Shown: positions 52,036 through 64,000 of the stretch, piece by piece
Layout of the letters: each line of letters opens with the position of its first letter
How positions within the stretch are numbered: the stretch's first letter is position 1
Source of the DNA: Callorhinchus milii
Taxonomy: Eukaryota
DNA length: 64,000 nucleotides
Direction: 5' to 3'
NCBI RefSeq assembly: GCF_018977255.1
Contig: NW_024704743.1
Span: 69,008,001-69,072,000 of the forward strand
Notes under the pieces: model-generated
What the model saw: the letters and a program-made list of their open reading frames with translations, nothing else
Databases searched by the model: none
What the model was told of the DNA's origin: nothing
Translations under genes and position numbers: made by a program

Positions 52036-52752
52036 TCATTAATGACATTCTGAATATCTGTGATCAGGGCTCCCTCTGTCTCCTTGTCCTCTTCGACCTC
52101 TCTGTCGCCTTCGACACTGTCAACCACTCCATTCTCATACACCGCCTATCCGCTTTACTGAATCTTTGCTGATCCTGCCCTTGCCTGGTTCGATTCCTAT
52201 CTCTCTCACCGTCTCTACTTTGTTGCCTCTAACAGTTTCTCCTCCAGCCCCCACACTGTCACGTCTGGCGTCCCCCAGGGCTCTGTCCTTGGCCCTCTCC
52301 TCTTTAATATCTATATGCTCCCCCTTGGTGACATCATCCGCAGACATGGGGTCAACTTCCATATGTATGCGGATGACAGCCAACTCTATCTTTCTGCATC
52401 CACCCTCACATACAAAGCCCTCCATGGCCTTGCTCCACGCAACCTCTGGCTCTGGCCTGCTCCACATCCCCCGACCCACCCGCCCCAACATTGGCGGGAG
52501 AGCCTTCAGCCACTCTGCCCCCAACCTCTGGAATTCCATCCCCCAGTCACTCCGCCTCGCCCCCTCCTTAGCCTCCTTCAAGCCTCGCCTCAAGACCCTC
52601 CTCTTCGACCATGCTATCGCTCACCCCCTTTCCCTCCCCTCCCTTCTCCCCCCCTGACCCAACTCGGGTCTGAAATGCTGTACAATATCCAGCAACTTGG
52701 GATGTCCTCCCAATGTGAAAGGAGCTATACAAATGTAATCTTGTTGTTGTTG
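52036..52752 (+). mobile_element. L2 LINE with internal deletions, inserted in an opposite-strand L2
   Basis: NDILNICDQG...[15 protein letters not shown] fused directly to YKALHGLAP; tail ttgttgttgttg. Confidence 0.85.
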
Positions 52753-53855
52753 TGAGGAACGCCACACGAGACTGTGCAGGGGCTAGAGGAGAAACCGTTT
52801 GTGGAGATGAAGTGGAGGCAGTGTGAGAAATATGATCTGAACCAGGTACGATCTCGTACCCTAGGACAGAGCCGTGAAGTTTGGGGTGAGAGGAGAGACA
52901 GTGGATGAGGATAGAGTGGTCGACAGTGTCGAAGGCAGCAGAGAGTTCAAGGACGACGAGGAAGCAGAGGGAGCCCTGGTCGCAGATGGACAGAATGTCA
53001 TTTGTCACTTTGACCAGGGCTGTTTCTGTGCTGTGGGCGGCATGGAAACCCGATTGGAGGGGTTCACGAAGGGAGTGGCGAGAGAGGAAGGAGCGAAGCT
53101 GGGAAGCAACAACTCGTTCCAGGACCTTGGAAAGGAAAGGGAGGTTGGAGATGGGCGGTAGTTTGAAAGCAGAGATGGTCCAGGGAAGGTTTCTTAAGGA
53201 TAGAAGTGATAACGGCGCTTTTCAATGGGGTGGGAACAGTACCAGTGTGAGGCTTATGATGTCTGTGAGTAGAGGGGCAAGGAGGTGGAGCTAGGAGGTA
53301 AGGAGAGGGGTAGAGATGGGGTTGAGGGAGCAGGTGGTCAGTTTCATGCAGGTTATAGTGGTGATGAGAGAAGAGGGGGAGACAGGTTTGAAGGTGTGGA
53401 GGTGGTTTGGGTGGCAGTGGGGAGAGGGATTGAGGAGATGAAGTGATGGTCTGAGATCATTTGTCGATGATGGTGAGGTCCGAGACGCGAGACCCTGAGT
53501 GATCACCGAGTGGTCGAGGGGGTGACCGCGAACATGGGTGGTGGAGTGGATGTGGAGCGGTTGATAAGGGAGAAGTCAGCAGAGGTAGAGCAGGAGGGGT
53601 GAAGTGAAGGTTGAATTCGCCTAGGATGAGGAAGCGTTCGGAGCAGAGGGAGAGGGAAGACAGGAGGGTGGAGATGTCGGGAATGAAAGTGGGGGAGGGC
53701 TTGGATGGGCGATAGATAAGGAGAATTTTGAGGGAAAGGTTGGAGGGGTGATAAAGGGTAAGGTGCTCAAAGGAGGGGAAGATTCCAGAGGAGTAAGGGG
53801 ATAGGCCGAGCGGGGACTGGGGAGATAAGAGCCACACCAGCACCATGACGGTGCC
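52753..53855 (-). mobile_element. L2 LINE 5' part with AP-endonuclease and RT N-terminal remnants
   Basis: LIYRP...FLILGEFNLH (APE domain); LSAAFDTVDH (RT). Confidence 0.85.
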
Positions 53856-56056
53856 CATACCCAGTAAAATAATGTTTAGCTACCCTGACTGAGCTGAATT
53901 ACTGTCTCTCAAAATGATATTATGCTGTTTTGTCTAGTAAAGTTAATCAATATACCACATCGTCATAATCTAAGGAATTATTAATCATAAACCTTACATT
54001 TGATGCAGAGCATTATCATAGCGATGAAATGCTTCACAAGATCAATTGTAAACTGTAGTGCTTATGTATGTGTAGATGAAAGTGGCAACCAATTTGCACC
54101 CAATGCTCTACAAACAGCATGAAATGAAAGACCAATTTTATTTGGGGAATTATTACCCTGATAAAATTGGTCACTCACTTCATGGCTATTTGTGGACATA
54201 TGCTGCTGCCTGCTGCATTCAGCTCCAAATGCACAGTGGCTACACCTAAAAAAACAGTTGCAACACTTTATATTAAATCCAGTAAATTAAAAATATAACA
54301 TACATATACTATATATTATACTAAATAATATATAAAATTATTATTAAATAATAATACTTTATATTAAATTCACTTTGAGACATTTCTACAATATGATAAG
54401 GCACATATTAAAGCAAGGACTATTAGCATTAATGGATTTATCTGTTTTAAGCACACATTGTCAAAGTAGCTAAATTTAGCAATGTCAGCTTGACTTAGCA
54501 CTCATTTCTGAACCAGAAGGTTAAAGGTTCAAGCGCGCCATTGTACCTAAAACTCAGTCCAGACTGACACTGAGGAAGCACTTCAGTGTCAGGAGTGCTG
54601 GTCCCACTCAAAGAGTTGATTGGAATTTATTGTCACAAGTGACCATTGAGGCTCGATCAATGGAATCATTCAGAAGGGAACTAGATAGAACATCTAAGCA
54701 GTATTAACATTAGGGAAAAAGGAGAAATAATTGAAAAATTAGATTAAAAATAATATATTTAGTAATACACATAGCTGTGGCACAGGATCAATAGGCCATA
54801 GGGCCTCCCTCTGTGCTAAAACTTCTGTTTTTATAAACTGGTCATTCACTTCCTGACTCTAATATTTCTACAAATTGGTGATTCACTTCAGTTATGAAGT
54901 GAATGACCAATTTATAGAAATATAGAAATATTTCCGTTTAATCCCATTGCTACAATTAGCGACAAGAGTAATTCAACTTTTAGATCTCTGAAGCATTATT
55001 TAACTACTGAGGACTATTCAGTCTTACCTTCAGCATAATGTATCCCACTTAGCTTAGAATACATATCTGGAAAACATTTCTTGGAATCATATTGAGGTTC
55101 CCTTTGGGAAAAACACCATTTGCAATTGGGAGCAGGAGAGTAAGCATGTATTCCATTTTTATGATAGTGTATAGGTGCACTAACTTCACCACAGAGGTAA
55201 ACTTTCCGAGGCTTCCCCTTTGTGTTACAGCTATCAGGTTTCAGTTCTATCAAACTGGAAGAGGTTGACCAAAGATGCATTCAATATGCAGTGAAGTGTG
55301 TCCATTGGAATCAGAGCTCTCCCAACACAATGAAAATAAAATTATTTTTTCTGTTCAATATGTAGGGCCTGTAAATCTTCATTCCAGTACTTTTCATTGA
55401 AGAGGATTTTTCTTTTCAATTGATTTATGCACTTCAGTGTCTTTTTTAAGCTGACATTTCCTTAAGTGTTTGGATGCAACACAAGTTACCATAGAAACAA
55501 GCACTACTTGAGAATCAATGTTACAGTCATCTCTGCCTACAGAGAAGGACTTTTCAGATCTGTGAATGTTGCTCCTGAGTGTTGTGATGATTTAAATATA
55601 TTTCTACATTTGTTATCACACCAGTCCTTGTCAGGCTTCACTGTCTCCCAATCACAGAACGGATCGTCTTCAAGATTTTCTCACTCGCTTTGAAATTATT
55701 TAATTTCCTCGGACCTCCCTAACCTATCCGACCTGCTTATCCCCCATTCCACCATCTGCTGCCTCCGCTCGGCCAGCTCCAGCCTCCTATTTGTCCTTCC
55801 TTTTTGATCGTATTACAGTCGTCTCCCCCTCCCTCTCCCCTTGGCTCGTTGCCATACTGCGCCACTGTGAAGTGGTCTGGGATGCTACCCCACATGAAGA
55901 GTGCTATATAAATGCAAGTTGTTATATAAAGTGTACAAATTCTGCTCCACCATACGGGAAAATTGTGCCCAAGGTCCTCACAGAAATGTTCTTGTCACAT
56001 GAATGTCATTGGCAGAACCAGCCTGTTCTGTAAGACTGGCTCCTTGTCATTTACAG

Positions 56057-56786
56057 TCTCCGGAATATCGCCAGACTACGGCACTACCTCACCCCTCACG
56101 CTGCTGAAACCCTGGTTCACGCCTTTGTCACCTCAAGGCTGGACTATGGGAACTCTCTCCTCGCCGGCCTTCCCGCCACCTCCCTCCACAAGCTGCAGGT
56201 CATTCAGAACTCTGCAGCTCGTGTACTGTCCCGCACCAGGCTTCGGGACCACATCACTCCCACCCTCGCTCGCCTCCACTGGCTCCCCATCCCCCAGAGG
56301 ATTGATTTCAAGATCCTCATCCTCACCTACAAGGCCATTCACGGCCTTGCTCCCTCCTACCTCTCCAACCTACTATCCCCCTACCTACCTGCCCGTACCC
56401 TCCGTTCCTCTGGCTCCGGTCTGCTCCACGTCCCCCGCCCCAACCGCCCTACTATCGGTGGTCGGGCCTTCAGCCTCTCAGCCCCGAGGCTCTGGAACTC
56501 CATCCCCCAGTGCCTTCGCCTTGCTTCCTCCCTTTCCTCCTTCAAGGCCGGTCTCAAAACCTTTCTCTTTGACCGTGCCTTCAGCTCCCCTCTCGACTCT
56601 CTTCCTCCTCCTCGCTCCCTCCCTTCCCTCCCCTCACCCTGACCATTTCCCCCTCCTCTCTCCCTCCCTTCCCTCCCCTCACCCTGACCATTTCCCCCCT
56701 GCTCGGGTCATGACCCAACTGTGCAGCGCCTTGGGACGTCCTCCTGACGTGAAAGGCGCTCTATAAATGGAATCTTGTTGTTGTTG
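56057..56786 (+). mobile_element. Young 5'-truncated L2 LINE
   Basis: Apparently uninterrupted ORF2 C-terminus (AAETLVHAFVTSRLDYGN...LKTFLFDRAF); perfect hairpin; ttacag duplication on both sides. Confidence 0.95.
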
Positions 56787-56935
56787 TTACAGGATTTTAT
56801 CGCAGAGCTAATTAACATTTGTCCAGAAATTCAGTGCTGTATGTCGAAAATGGGATAAGGAATTTGATTTGGGTCTGCAGGAGAGCGGGATGGGCGGTGA
56901 ATTGGTATTAGCCATAGGTATTTACAGATCTTCGT

Positions 56936-57237
56936 GGAGTCCTGTAGCTCAGTGGTTAGAGCACTCGCTTTGCAAGTGAGAGACCTGAGTTCAATTCCAG
57001 GCAGAGGGCGAAACCTTGGGCAAGTTTCCTTACTCCACACGCCTAATAATAATCCCTCCAAAACAAAAACAATAATAAATTGGTCATTTTCAATCTACGA
57101 CTGTTTGTGGGACATTGCTGTGCGCAATTGGCTGCCGCGTTCGCCCTCAAATATACAGTCAATTCACTTTACAGTCTATTCTGTGAAGCGCTTTGGGACG
57201 TCCTCCCGACGTGAAAAGCGCTATATCAAATGCAAGG

Positions 57238-57268
<31 letters not shown>
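56936..57268 (+). mobile_element. Full-length young tRNA-derived SINE
   Basis: Intact head, core and hairpin; long pure (ATT)n tail. Confidence 0.95.
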
Positions 57269-57269
<1 letters not shown>

Positions 57270-57979
57270 CTTTGCTTCTGTCTTACTTACTGTGTCACGT
57301 GATTGCTTACCTCCCTTAGTGGACATCCTAGTTAATGATCCTCTACATTGCGCTGCCACAGAATGCTGTGGCATAGCAAGGACATCATGGCAGCGTATGT
57401 CATATTAGTGGGCAGCCATTATTCCCCACTCTCTCAAACTGCATCCTGAATCCCTCTGCCTTGTCCCCTTCCTCCCCACTTCAAAACCTTTGACTGTGTT
57501 TCGACCGTCCTCCACTGACTTCCTCAGCTTCCCCTCCCCCCATCTGTCTGTTCGTCAGTCGCCCTTCTCTGCATGTCTGCACACAGAATCCAACACACGT
57601 CCCACTGCTTGGGAGGCATTGATTTGGGTTAATGCACTCACTGTGATAGTTCACCCCTCTTTTCCTCGCATATACATGTACGTGCACACCATGTACGCAC
57701 AAACACATAGGCACATGTACACACACAGGCGCATTGCCTTTGACCTTGAAATTGAGCATTAAAACCAGTCTTACTAGTTGAGAATGATATATTAATTTCA
57801 ATGCAAACAAAATATGTTACACTTCAGAGTGATGGATGTACATAGCCAGAACCCTATTTCTATTATTATTGTAATTTATTCAAACTGATAACAAATTGCT
57901 CTCAGATATGTTCAGAATCTTAGAAAAATCATCTTGCAATTAAAAACCTAGATACTGTGGCTTCTAAAATCACACGGTT

Positions 57980-58745
57980 CTCACCTCCTCCACCTACCCG
58001 ACCTCCCCCTAAAACTCTCCGAACCCGTACGTAACCTAAGCATCAGATTCAAGCCCCAATTATCCTTCCTCCCCCACATCCGGTCCCTCACCAGCACCGC
58101 CTTCTTCCACCTCCGACGCATCGCCCGTCTCCGACAATACCTCTCTCCAAAAGCCGCTGAAACCCTGGTCCATGCCTTTGTCACTTCTCGGCTGGACTAC
58201 TCTAATGCCCTCCTCACCGGTCTCCCATCCACTACCATCCATAAAATCCAGATCATTCAAAACTCTGCCGCCCACATTCTCACCCGCACGAACCTCCGCT
58301 CCCCGATTACCCCAGTCCTTCCCACACTGCACTGGCTGCCTGACCCAGAGAGGATCGACTTCGAGTTCCTCACCCTTGTCTTCAAATCCCTCCACTCCTC
58401 TGCACCCCCCTACCTCTCTGACCTCCTCTCTCCTCACAACAGTGCCTGGTGCCTTCATTCCTCCAGGTCTGGCCTCCTCCTTGCCCCCAAATCCTCCGCT
58501 CCACCCTCGGTGGCCGTGCCTTCAGCCACTATGCCTCGAGGCTCTGGAACTGCCTTCCTCACTCCTTTCGTCTCACCCCCTCTCTTCCTATTTTCAGGTC
58601 TCGGCTGAAGACCTTTCTTTTCGACCGCGCCTTTTGTCACCTTCCTCCCCCTCCCCCTGGCTCGGCCCCAGGATCTGTTACTGTGAAGCACTCTGAGACA
58701 CCGTCTGCCGTGGAGGGCGCTATGTAAATCCAAGTTGTTGTTGTT
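57980..58745 (+). mobile_element. 5'-truncated L2 LINE, same subfamily as 13850-14680
   Basis: Collinear and highly similar to 13850-14680; variant hairpin gagacaccgtctgccgtggagggcgct. Confidence 0.92.
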
Positions 58746-59179
58746 CTGTGAGTGACAACACTCAATGCGAAATACTGACTCAGAGAAAAAGAAATGACAG
58801 GTCTATCTCTGAACTGAGAAAAGATGATGAATGTTGAATACTATGGTATCCTCATTACAATCAAAGGCCTGAAATTCCCCTTCCCCTATTACACTGTTTA
58901 TGTGAAAACTTAGATTACGCTGAATTGTGGAAAATTCTTTAATTTAAATTGCCTTAAAAGCTCCTGCTAATATGCAGTCACTAGGTATAATAGTAATCAC
59001 TGTAAAATACTTTGAGACACGCTGATGAAATAAACACTATTTGAAATACAAGCATTATATTTATTACTTATTATAGAGTATCATATTATAGTGTGGGTAT
59101 TCTGGAATGGTGAGAATGCACGAGTTGAAGAGACTTCTTTATCTGAACCTCTCCTGTGATCTTATGACATTGTAACAAC

Positions 59180-59710
59180 ACAACAACAAAATTACATTTA
59201 TAGAGCGCCTTTCACGTCAGGAGGACGTCCCAAAGCGCTGAACAGTCAGGAGTTGGGGCCCGAGCCCCAACCCCTTGGGGAGGGGTGGTGTAGGAGTGAG
59301 GGAAGGCAGAGAGGTGGGAGGTCGATCAAAAGCATGATCGAAGAGAAGGGTCTTGAGACCGGCCTTATGGGAGGCAAGGGAGGAAGCGAGGAGAAGGGAC
59401 TGTGGGATGGAGTTCCAGAGTGTGGGGGCAGAGAGGCTGAAAGCTTGGCCACTGATGGTAGGGCGGGTCGGGCGGGAGACATGGAGCAGACCGGAGTCCG
59501 CTGAATGGAGGGAGCGGGCAGGTTGGTAGGAAGTCAGCAGGTCAGAGAGGTAAGAGGGGGCAAGGCCATGGATGGCCTTGAAAGTGAGGACGAGGATCTT
59601 GAATTCAATCCTCTGAGGGATGGGGAACCAGTTGAGTCGGGCAAGGGTGGGAGTGATGGGGTCGCAGAGCCTGGTGCACGGGAGTACACGAGCTGTAGAG
59701 TTTTGGATGA
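59180..59710 (-). mobile_element. 5'-truncated L2 LINE
   Basis: ORF 59217..59807 contains IQNSTARVL...LWNSIP...LFDHAF. Confidence 0.92.
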
Positions 59711-60568
59711 AGCATTTGGATAAATGCTGTTCTCTAATTTTGGTGGGTATGAAGTTCAATAGAGTTTTGGATGAAGTACACGAGCTGCAGAGTTTTGGAT
59801 GAAGCATTTGGATAAATGCTGTTCTCTAATTTTGGTGGGTATGAAGTTCAATTTTCTTACGAGTCTTCTTGGGCTATTTCCTGATTCTTGTCCAAGGGAA
59901 GAGAGATACACTATTCCGAACCCAGGACTAACATCTCTCCAAGCTTGTCAATGAATGATAGGCAAGTGCAGCTCTAAGGCGACTCGGGCTAAATTATCTC
60001 ACCCACTTTGGGATGAGCCATCTGCTTGAGCTATTAATGTTAGCAAGACAGCTAACAGATTTTCATTATAAGCCCACACAATATTTTACACATTACAATG
60101 TTAAACAATAAATTTATGCAGTACAGTACACTAACAATAGCCTCTATTTGCCAGAAAGATTGTCTACAATAAATAGCTCAGGTAATTAATGTTTCTGTCT
60201 ATGGGCTTGGCATTCACCTAGCAAATGAGCCACTTACTGTATCATACACTGTAGCTGAGCAGATGTTAATATCTGGCATGTGAATAGATTTGGACTTTTC
60301 TGCAGATGTCTGGTCTATTCCAGTTTTCTCCACTTAAAAGGATTGTGACATTTGCAAAAAAGTTACTTCCACATCTAGTAGTTTGTGTGTAAACCCTGTT
60401 TCAAATTGCATCGGGTCCTTTATCAAGTCAACTCTCTTCCATCTCCGGGACATGACCCACTTATAGCAGGTGATAATTATCAGGGAATAGAGGGGAATTT
60501 CAAAGTTAGTTTTGTCCAGTGCTCTCCTCCGCCAGTCTCCCTAGCTCCATTCTCCATTAACTCTAAAC

Positions 60569-60792
60569 CAGTGGTGGCCAATCTGTGGCCCGTGGGCTGG
60601 AAGTGGCCCATGGGGCCGTCAATAAGCGACCCCCTGAACATTCACACAAGTCTAGGTAAATCCCTGTTTGATGGATAGTGTGTTTTCAGTTTTTTTCTTG
60701 ATTGAATATTTCTTGACTTATGGCAAAAATCAAGAAATATTTCACCAAGAAAATGCATTTTGTTGGTCGACCATAAAAGTTGGCCACCAGTG
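60569..60792. mobile_element. hAT/Charlie-like MITE
   Basis: TIRs cagtggtggccaa ... ttggccaccagtg (12/13); 8-bp flanks ctctaaac / ctttaaag (6/8) fit a hAT target duplication. Confidence 0.75.
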
Positions 60793-60876
60793 CTTTAAAG
60801 CATGCACATTCCCTTCTGCACTAGACTCTGCACACGGTTGCCCCCTCTCACCAGGCTGACAATACCCCAGCAGATT

Positions 60877-61550
60877 CATAGAATCATAGAATTTTACAGC
60901 ACAGGAGGAGCCCATTCGGCCCACCATGCCTGTGCCAGCTCTTTGAAAGAGCTACTGACTAGTACCACTCCCCCGCTCTTACCCCATAGCCCTGCAAATT
61001 TCCTTTTGAAAGCTATTATCGAATCTGCTTCTATCACCCTTTCAGGCAGTAACAAGTCCCTGGGTAAAAAAAATTCTCCTAGTCTCCCCTCTGGTTCGAT
61101 TGCCAATTATCTTAAATCTGTGCCCTCTGGTTACCGACCTACCCGCCAGAGGAAACAGTTTCTCCTTATCTATTCTATCAAAACCTCTTATAATTTTGAA
61201 CACCTCTATTAAATCTTCTCTCAACTTTTTCTGCTCTAAGAAGAATAATATCAGCCTCTCTAGTCTTTCCACATAAATGTAGTCCCTCATCCCTAGTACC
61301 ATTCTAGTAAACTTCCTCTGCACCCTCTCCAAGGCCCTGACATCCTTCCTAAAGTGTTGTGCCCAGAATTGGACACAATATTCCAGCTGAGGCTTAACCA
61401 GTGATTGTAAAGATTTAATATAATCTTCTCATTCCTCCCAAAATGCATCACTTCATATTTCTTTGCATTAAATTCCATCTGCTACATGTCTGCCCATTTC
61501 ACCAGCCTCTTTATGTCCTCCTGCAGTCTGCTACTATTCTCCTCACTGTT
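60877..61550 (-). mobile_element. CR1 LINE 3' end
   Basis: ERVQRKFTRMV...LREDLIEVFKIIRG...TRGHRFK and MEFNAKKYEVMHFG; (attctatg)n tail. Confidence 0.92.
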
Positions 61551-61558
61551 CATTATGT

Positions 61559-61878
61559 TAATAATAATAATAATAATCCTTGCATTTAATATAGCGCTTT
61601 TCACGACTTCTAGACATCTCAAAGCGCTTCACAGAATATGCTGTAAAGTGAATTGACTGTAATATTTGTGGGGGAAACGCGGCAGCCAATTGCCATAGCA
61701 GTGTCCCACAAACAGTCGTGGATTGAAAATGACCAATTTATTATTGTTTTGTTTTTTGGAGAGATTATTATTAGGCGTGTGGAGTAAGGAAACTTGCCCA
61801 AGGTTTTGCCCTGCCTGGAATTGAATCCAGGTGTCTAACTTGCAAAGTGAGTGCTCGTATCACTAAGCTATAGGACTC
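61559..61878 (-). mobile_element. Full-length tRNA-derived SINE
   Basis: Head, core and (ATT)n tail. Confidence 0.92.
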
Positions 61879-63249
61879 TATGTTAACATTTCATCCAAGG
61901 GATGGTACCTCCAATAATGCATTGTTTCTCTAGCACTATGCTGAGTGTCAGCTTAGACAGTAAATTCAAAGACCCAACATGGGGCTTGAATACACAGCCT
62001 TCTGACTTCGAGGCAAAAATGCCACGCTGACTCCTAGATAATTACTTTTCTGAACACAGCACAGCTCACTGCCCCCGTAACTAACCTCAGGGTAACTCCA
62101 AAGAATGGTCCCTTTTGAGTGTTTACTGCTAACCATGAATGTGACCGACAGGCTACATTGATGTAAATACTTGCATTTGATAATATGGCATTAAATTGAC
62201 TAATAGTTGTATAACATCAACATTAGAAGCTCATAGAAGACAATAAATTATGCTCTGAATATAGTGCTTAATGGCCTTTTACGCATAACTTGCTGATAGA
62301 CAATTAAAAGGTTCTAAATCAGATCTTCCCACCTTTTTCCCTGGTGTTAGACACAGCTTCAGTCTAGTTCATTGTGTTGCTGGCCTTTTGTTAGTCTACG
62401 CAGGAGCCATGTAGTCTGGCGATATTGATTAGAAACCAAGTCATCTGGCAAACAATGTCATCAAACCAGCTTGTCCCTGATCAATATTGCTCACAGTGCC
62501 AGGTAATTTTGTATTCGCAATGCTACCTCGGCATTAATGATCTTATTCTGCTAAGTAGAGTGCTTGTCCATTATAGCTCCCAACCAGCCGAAGGTAAAGA
62601 TTAATTCCTCTGCCCCATTAGAAACTGATACCCAATTTAAAGTTGGATTCCAGAACCTACAGTATGACAACTCATTAAGAGATCTGGATTATACAAGCTT
62701 TTTGTAGAATCTTAAAATTGCAGCGTGGATATCATCAATTTGTCTCTGCTTGACCCAGCTCCTCCACTGGAATGAACTACAGGGCAATCTCATTATACCT
62801 CTCTCCCCTGGGTCCAATTCTCAGAGACAGCGTTATACGGGAAATGCTAAAATGGCTGTTCAGGCAATCAGTTTAGCTTCTGGCACTCTACATGCTGTAC
62901 ACAGGAAGTGTTGATCATGTTACTTCCTATACACTAGGTATGCAAGCTATGCACAAAGGGAAAAAATGCCCACTGACATCACTTCCTTTGTGAAATGATA
63001 CCAACAACAACAACTTGCATTTATATAGCGCCCTTCACGCGGGGTGGTGTCCTGGAGCGCTTCACACTAGCAACACATCTGGATGTAGTGTGCATGGATA
63101 AAGTCATCTTAGCCTGCATACACACCAAGTACAGGAAATGGCATCAAGGTGCATCATGTGCAGTGAAACCAGCTGTTGTGCTTCATTATAGGGTGGGATT
63201 TTATAGATTCCAACCACTGCATTATATCCGGGTTCCCTTAACCTGGCCC

Positions 63250-63800
63250 CACACCGCTCGTGGCCATCCAGCTTCTCCTTGGTCTCTTGCTAGTTGATAT
63301 CATCAACCTTTCCCTCCGCCAATTTCACAGCACCACCCACTTTCAAAACTGTCATCACCACCTCACTCCCTCCTCAAAAATCGCTCACCTGACCTTTACG
63401 TGCTCTCCAGCTACTGCTTCATTTCCAACTTGTCCTTCCATTCCAGGATGCTGCCTCTCAGCTTACTCTCCCAACATTCCCTCTTTGAGCACTCCAATCC
63501 ACAATGGTAATTCAACTGTCCCCTACCACCCCCCGATGGTTTTTAGGTGTACTGCTCCACTATTGATGGCCGTGCCTTCTGCCACTACATCCCAAAAACT
63601 ACACCTGTAAATCTCTCCCTCAATCCCTCTGCCTTGCCCCCTCCCTCCCCACCTTCAAATCCTGCTTAAAGCCCTAACTTTTTGATCGTGCTTACGGTCA
63701 CTTCCATCCTCCCGCGGCTCGGTGGCAGACTCCACCACTGTCAAATGCTCCGGTACGCTATCCTGCGTGAAGGGCACTATATAAATGCCAGTTGTTGTAT
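63250..63800 (+). mobile_element. Degraded, deleted L2 LINE
   Basis: ggccgtgccttctgccact and tttgatcgtgcttacggtc motifs; decayed hairpin tail. Confidence 0.7.
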
Positions 63801-64000
63801 GTAATGTGCCTTTTCAAGCATATTATGCAATTGGAAATATATGCAGCTTACATATATATTGCATATATTGGCACCCATGAGAAGGTGGAGGAGAACTCCA
63901 TCACCCAACCGGCGCTTCACCACCAATAATGACCCATGGTCCCCAACAGGTTGTCAAATAAACATGGCTCTGCCATTGCCAATCTGGTTTCTGCCCTGCC

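Noticed and set aside
55963..56766. 267-aa Pro/Ser-rich ORF as a novel gene
   Set aside because: Alternative frame of the C-rich L2 ORF2 3' end; the same applies to similar ORFs at 33144, 58172 and 14279
56936..57010. tRNA-Ala gene (and other copies of this head)
   Set aside because: No proper acceptor stem; always fused to the SINE body and tail
49829..64000. Upstream C2 exon (GLKKGMFFNPDPY...)
   Set aside because: Not found by eye; probably beyond the window end, though a miss cannot be excluded

Overview
Vertebrate genomic DNA, most likely a cartilaginous fish. The dominant tRNA-headed SINE plus L2/CR1 repeats resembles the chimaera/elephant-shark type; this is an inference from recall, not a search. 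The whole window lies inside one minus-strand gene, HECW1 (NEDL1, a C2-WW-WW-HECT E3 ubiquitin ligase). Eleven consecutive coding exons (49828 down to 5604) were traced by hand with GT-AG sites and consistent phases. They cover the end of the C2 domain, the acidic linker, WW1, the helical region, WW2 and the pre-HECT region; the gene start and the HECT domain lie outside the window. Introns are dense with 5'-truncated L2 LINEs, CR1 3' ends, a young tRNA-derived SINE sharing the L2 3' stem-loop, and several MITEs. The most notable observations are a TSD-flanked 151-bp insert with a degenerate hammerhead-ribozyme core, covariation in the shared LINE/SINE 3' hairpin, a degenerate ~45-57 bp repeat array, and several nested or rearranged retroposon junctions. 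I found no clearly novel protein-coding system. Repeat boundaries are approximate.
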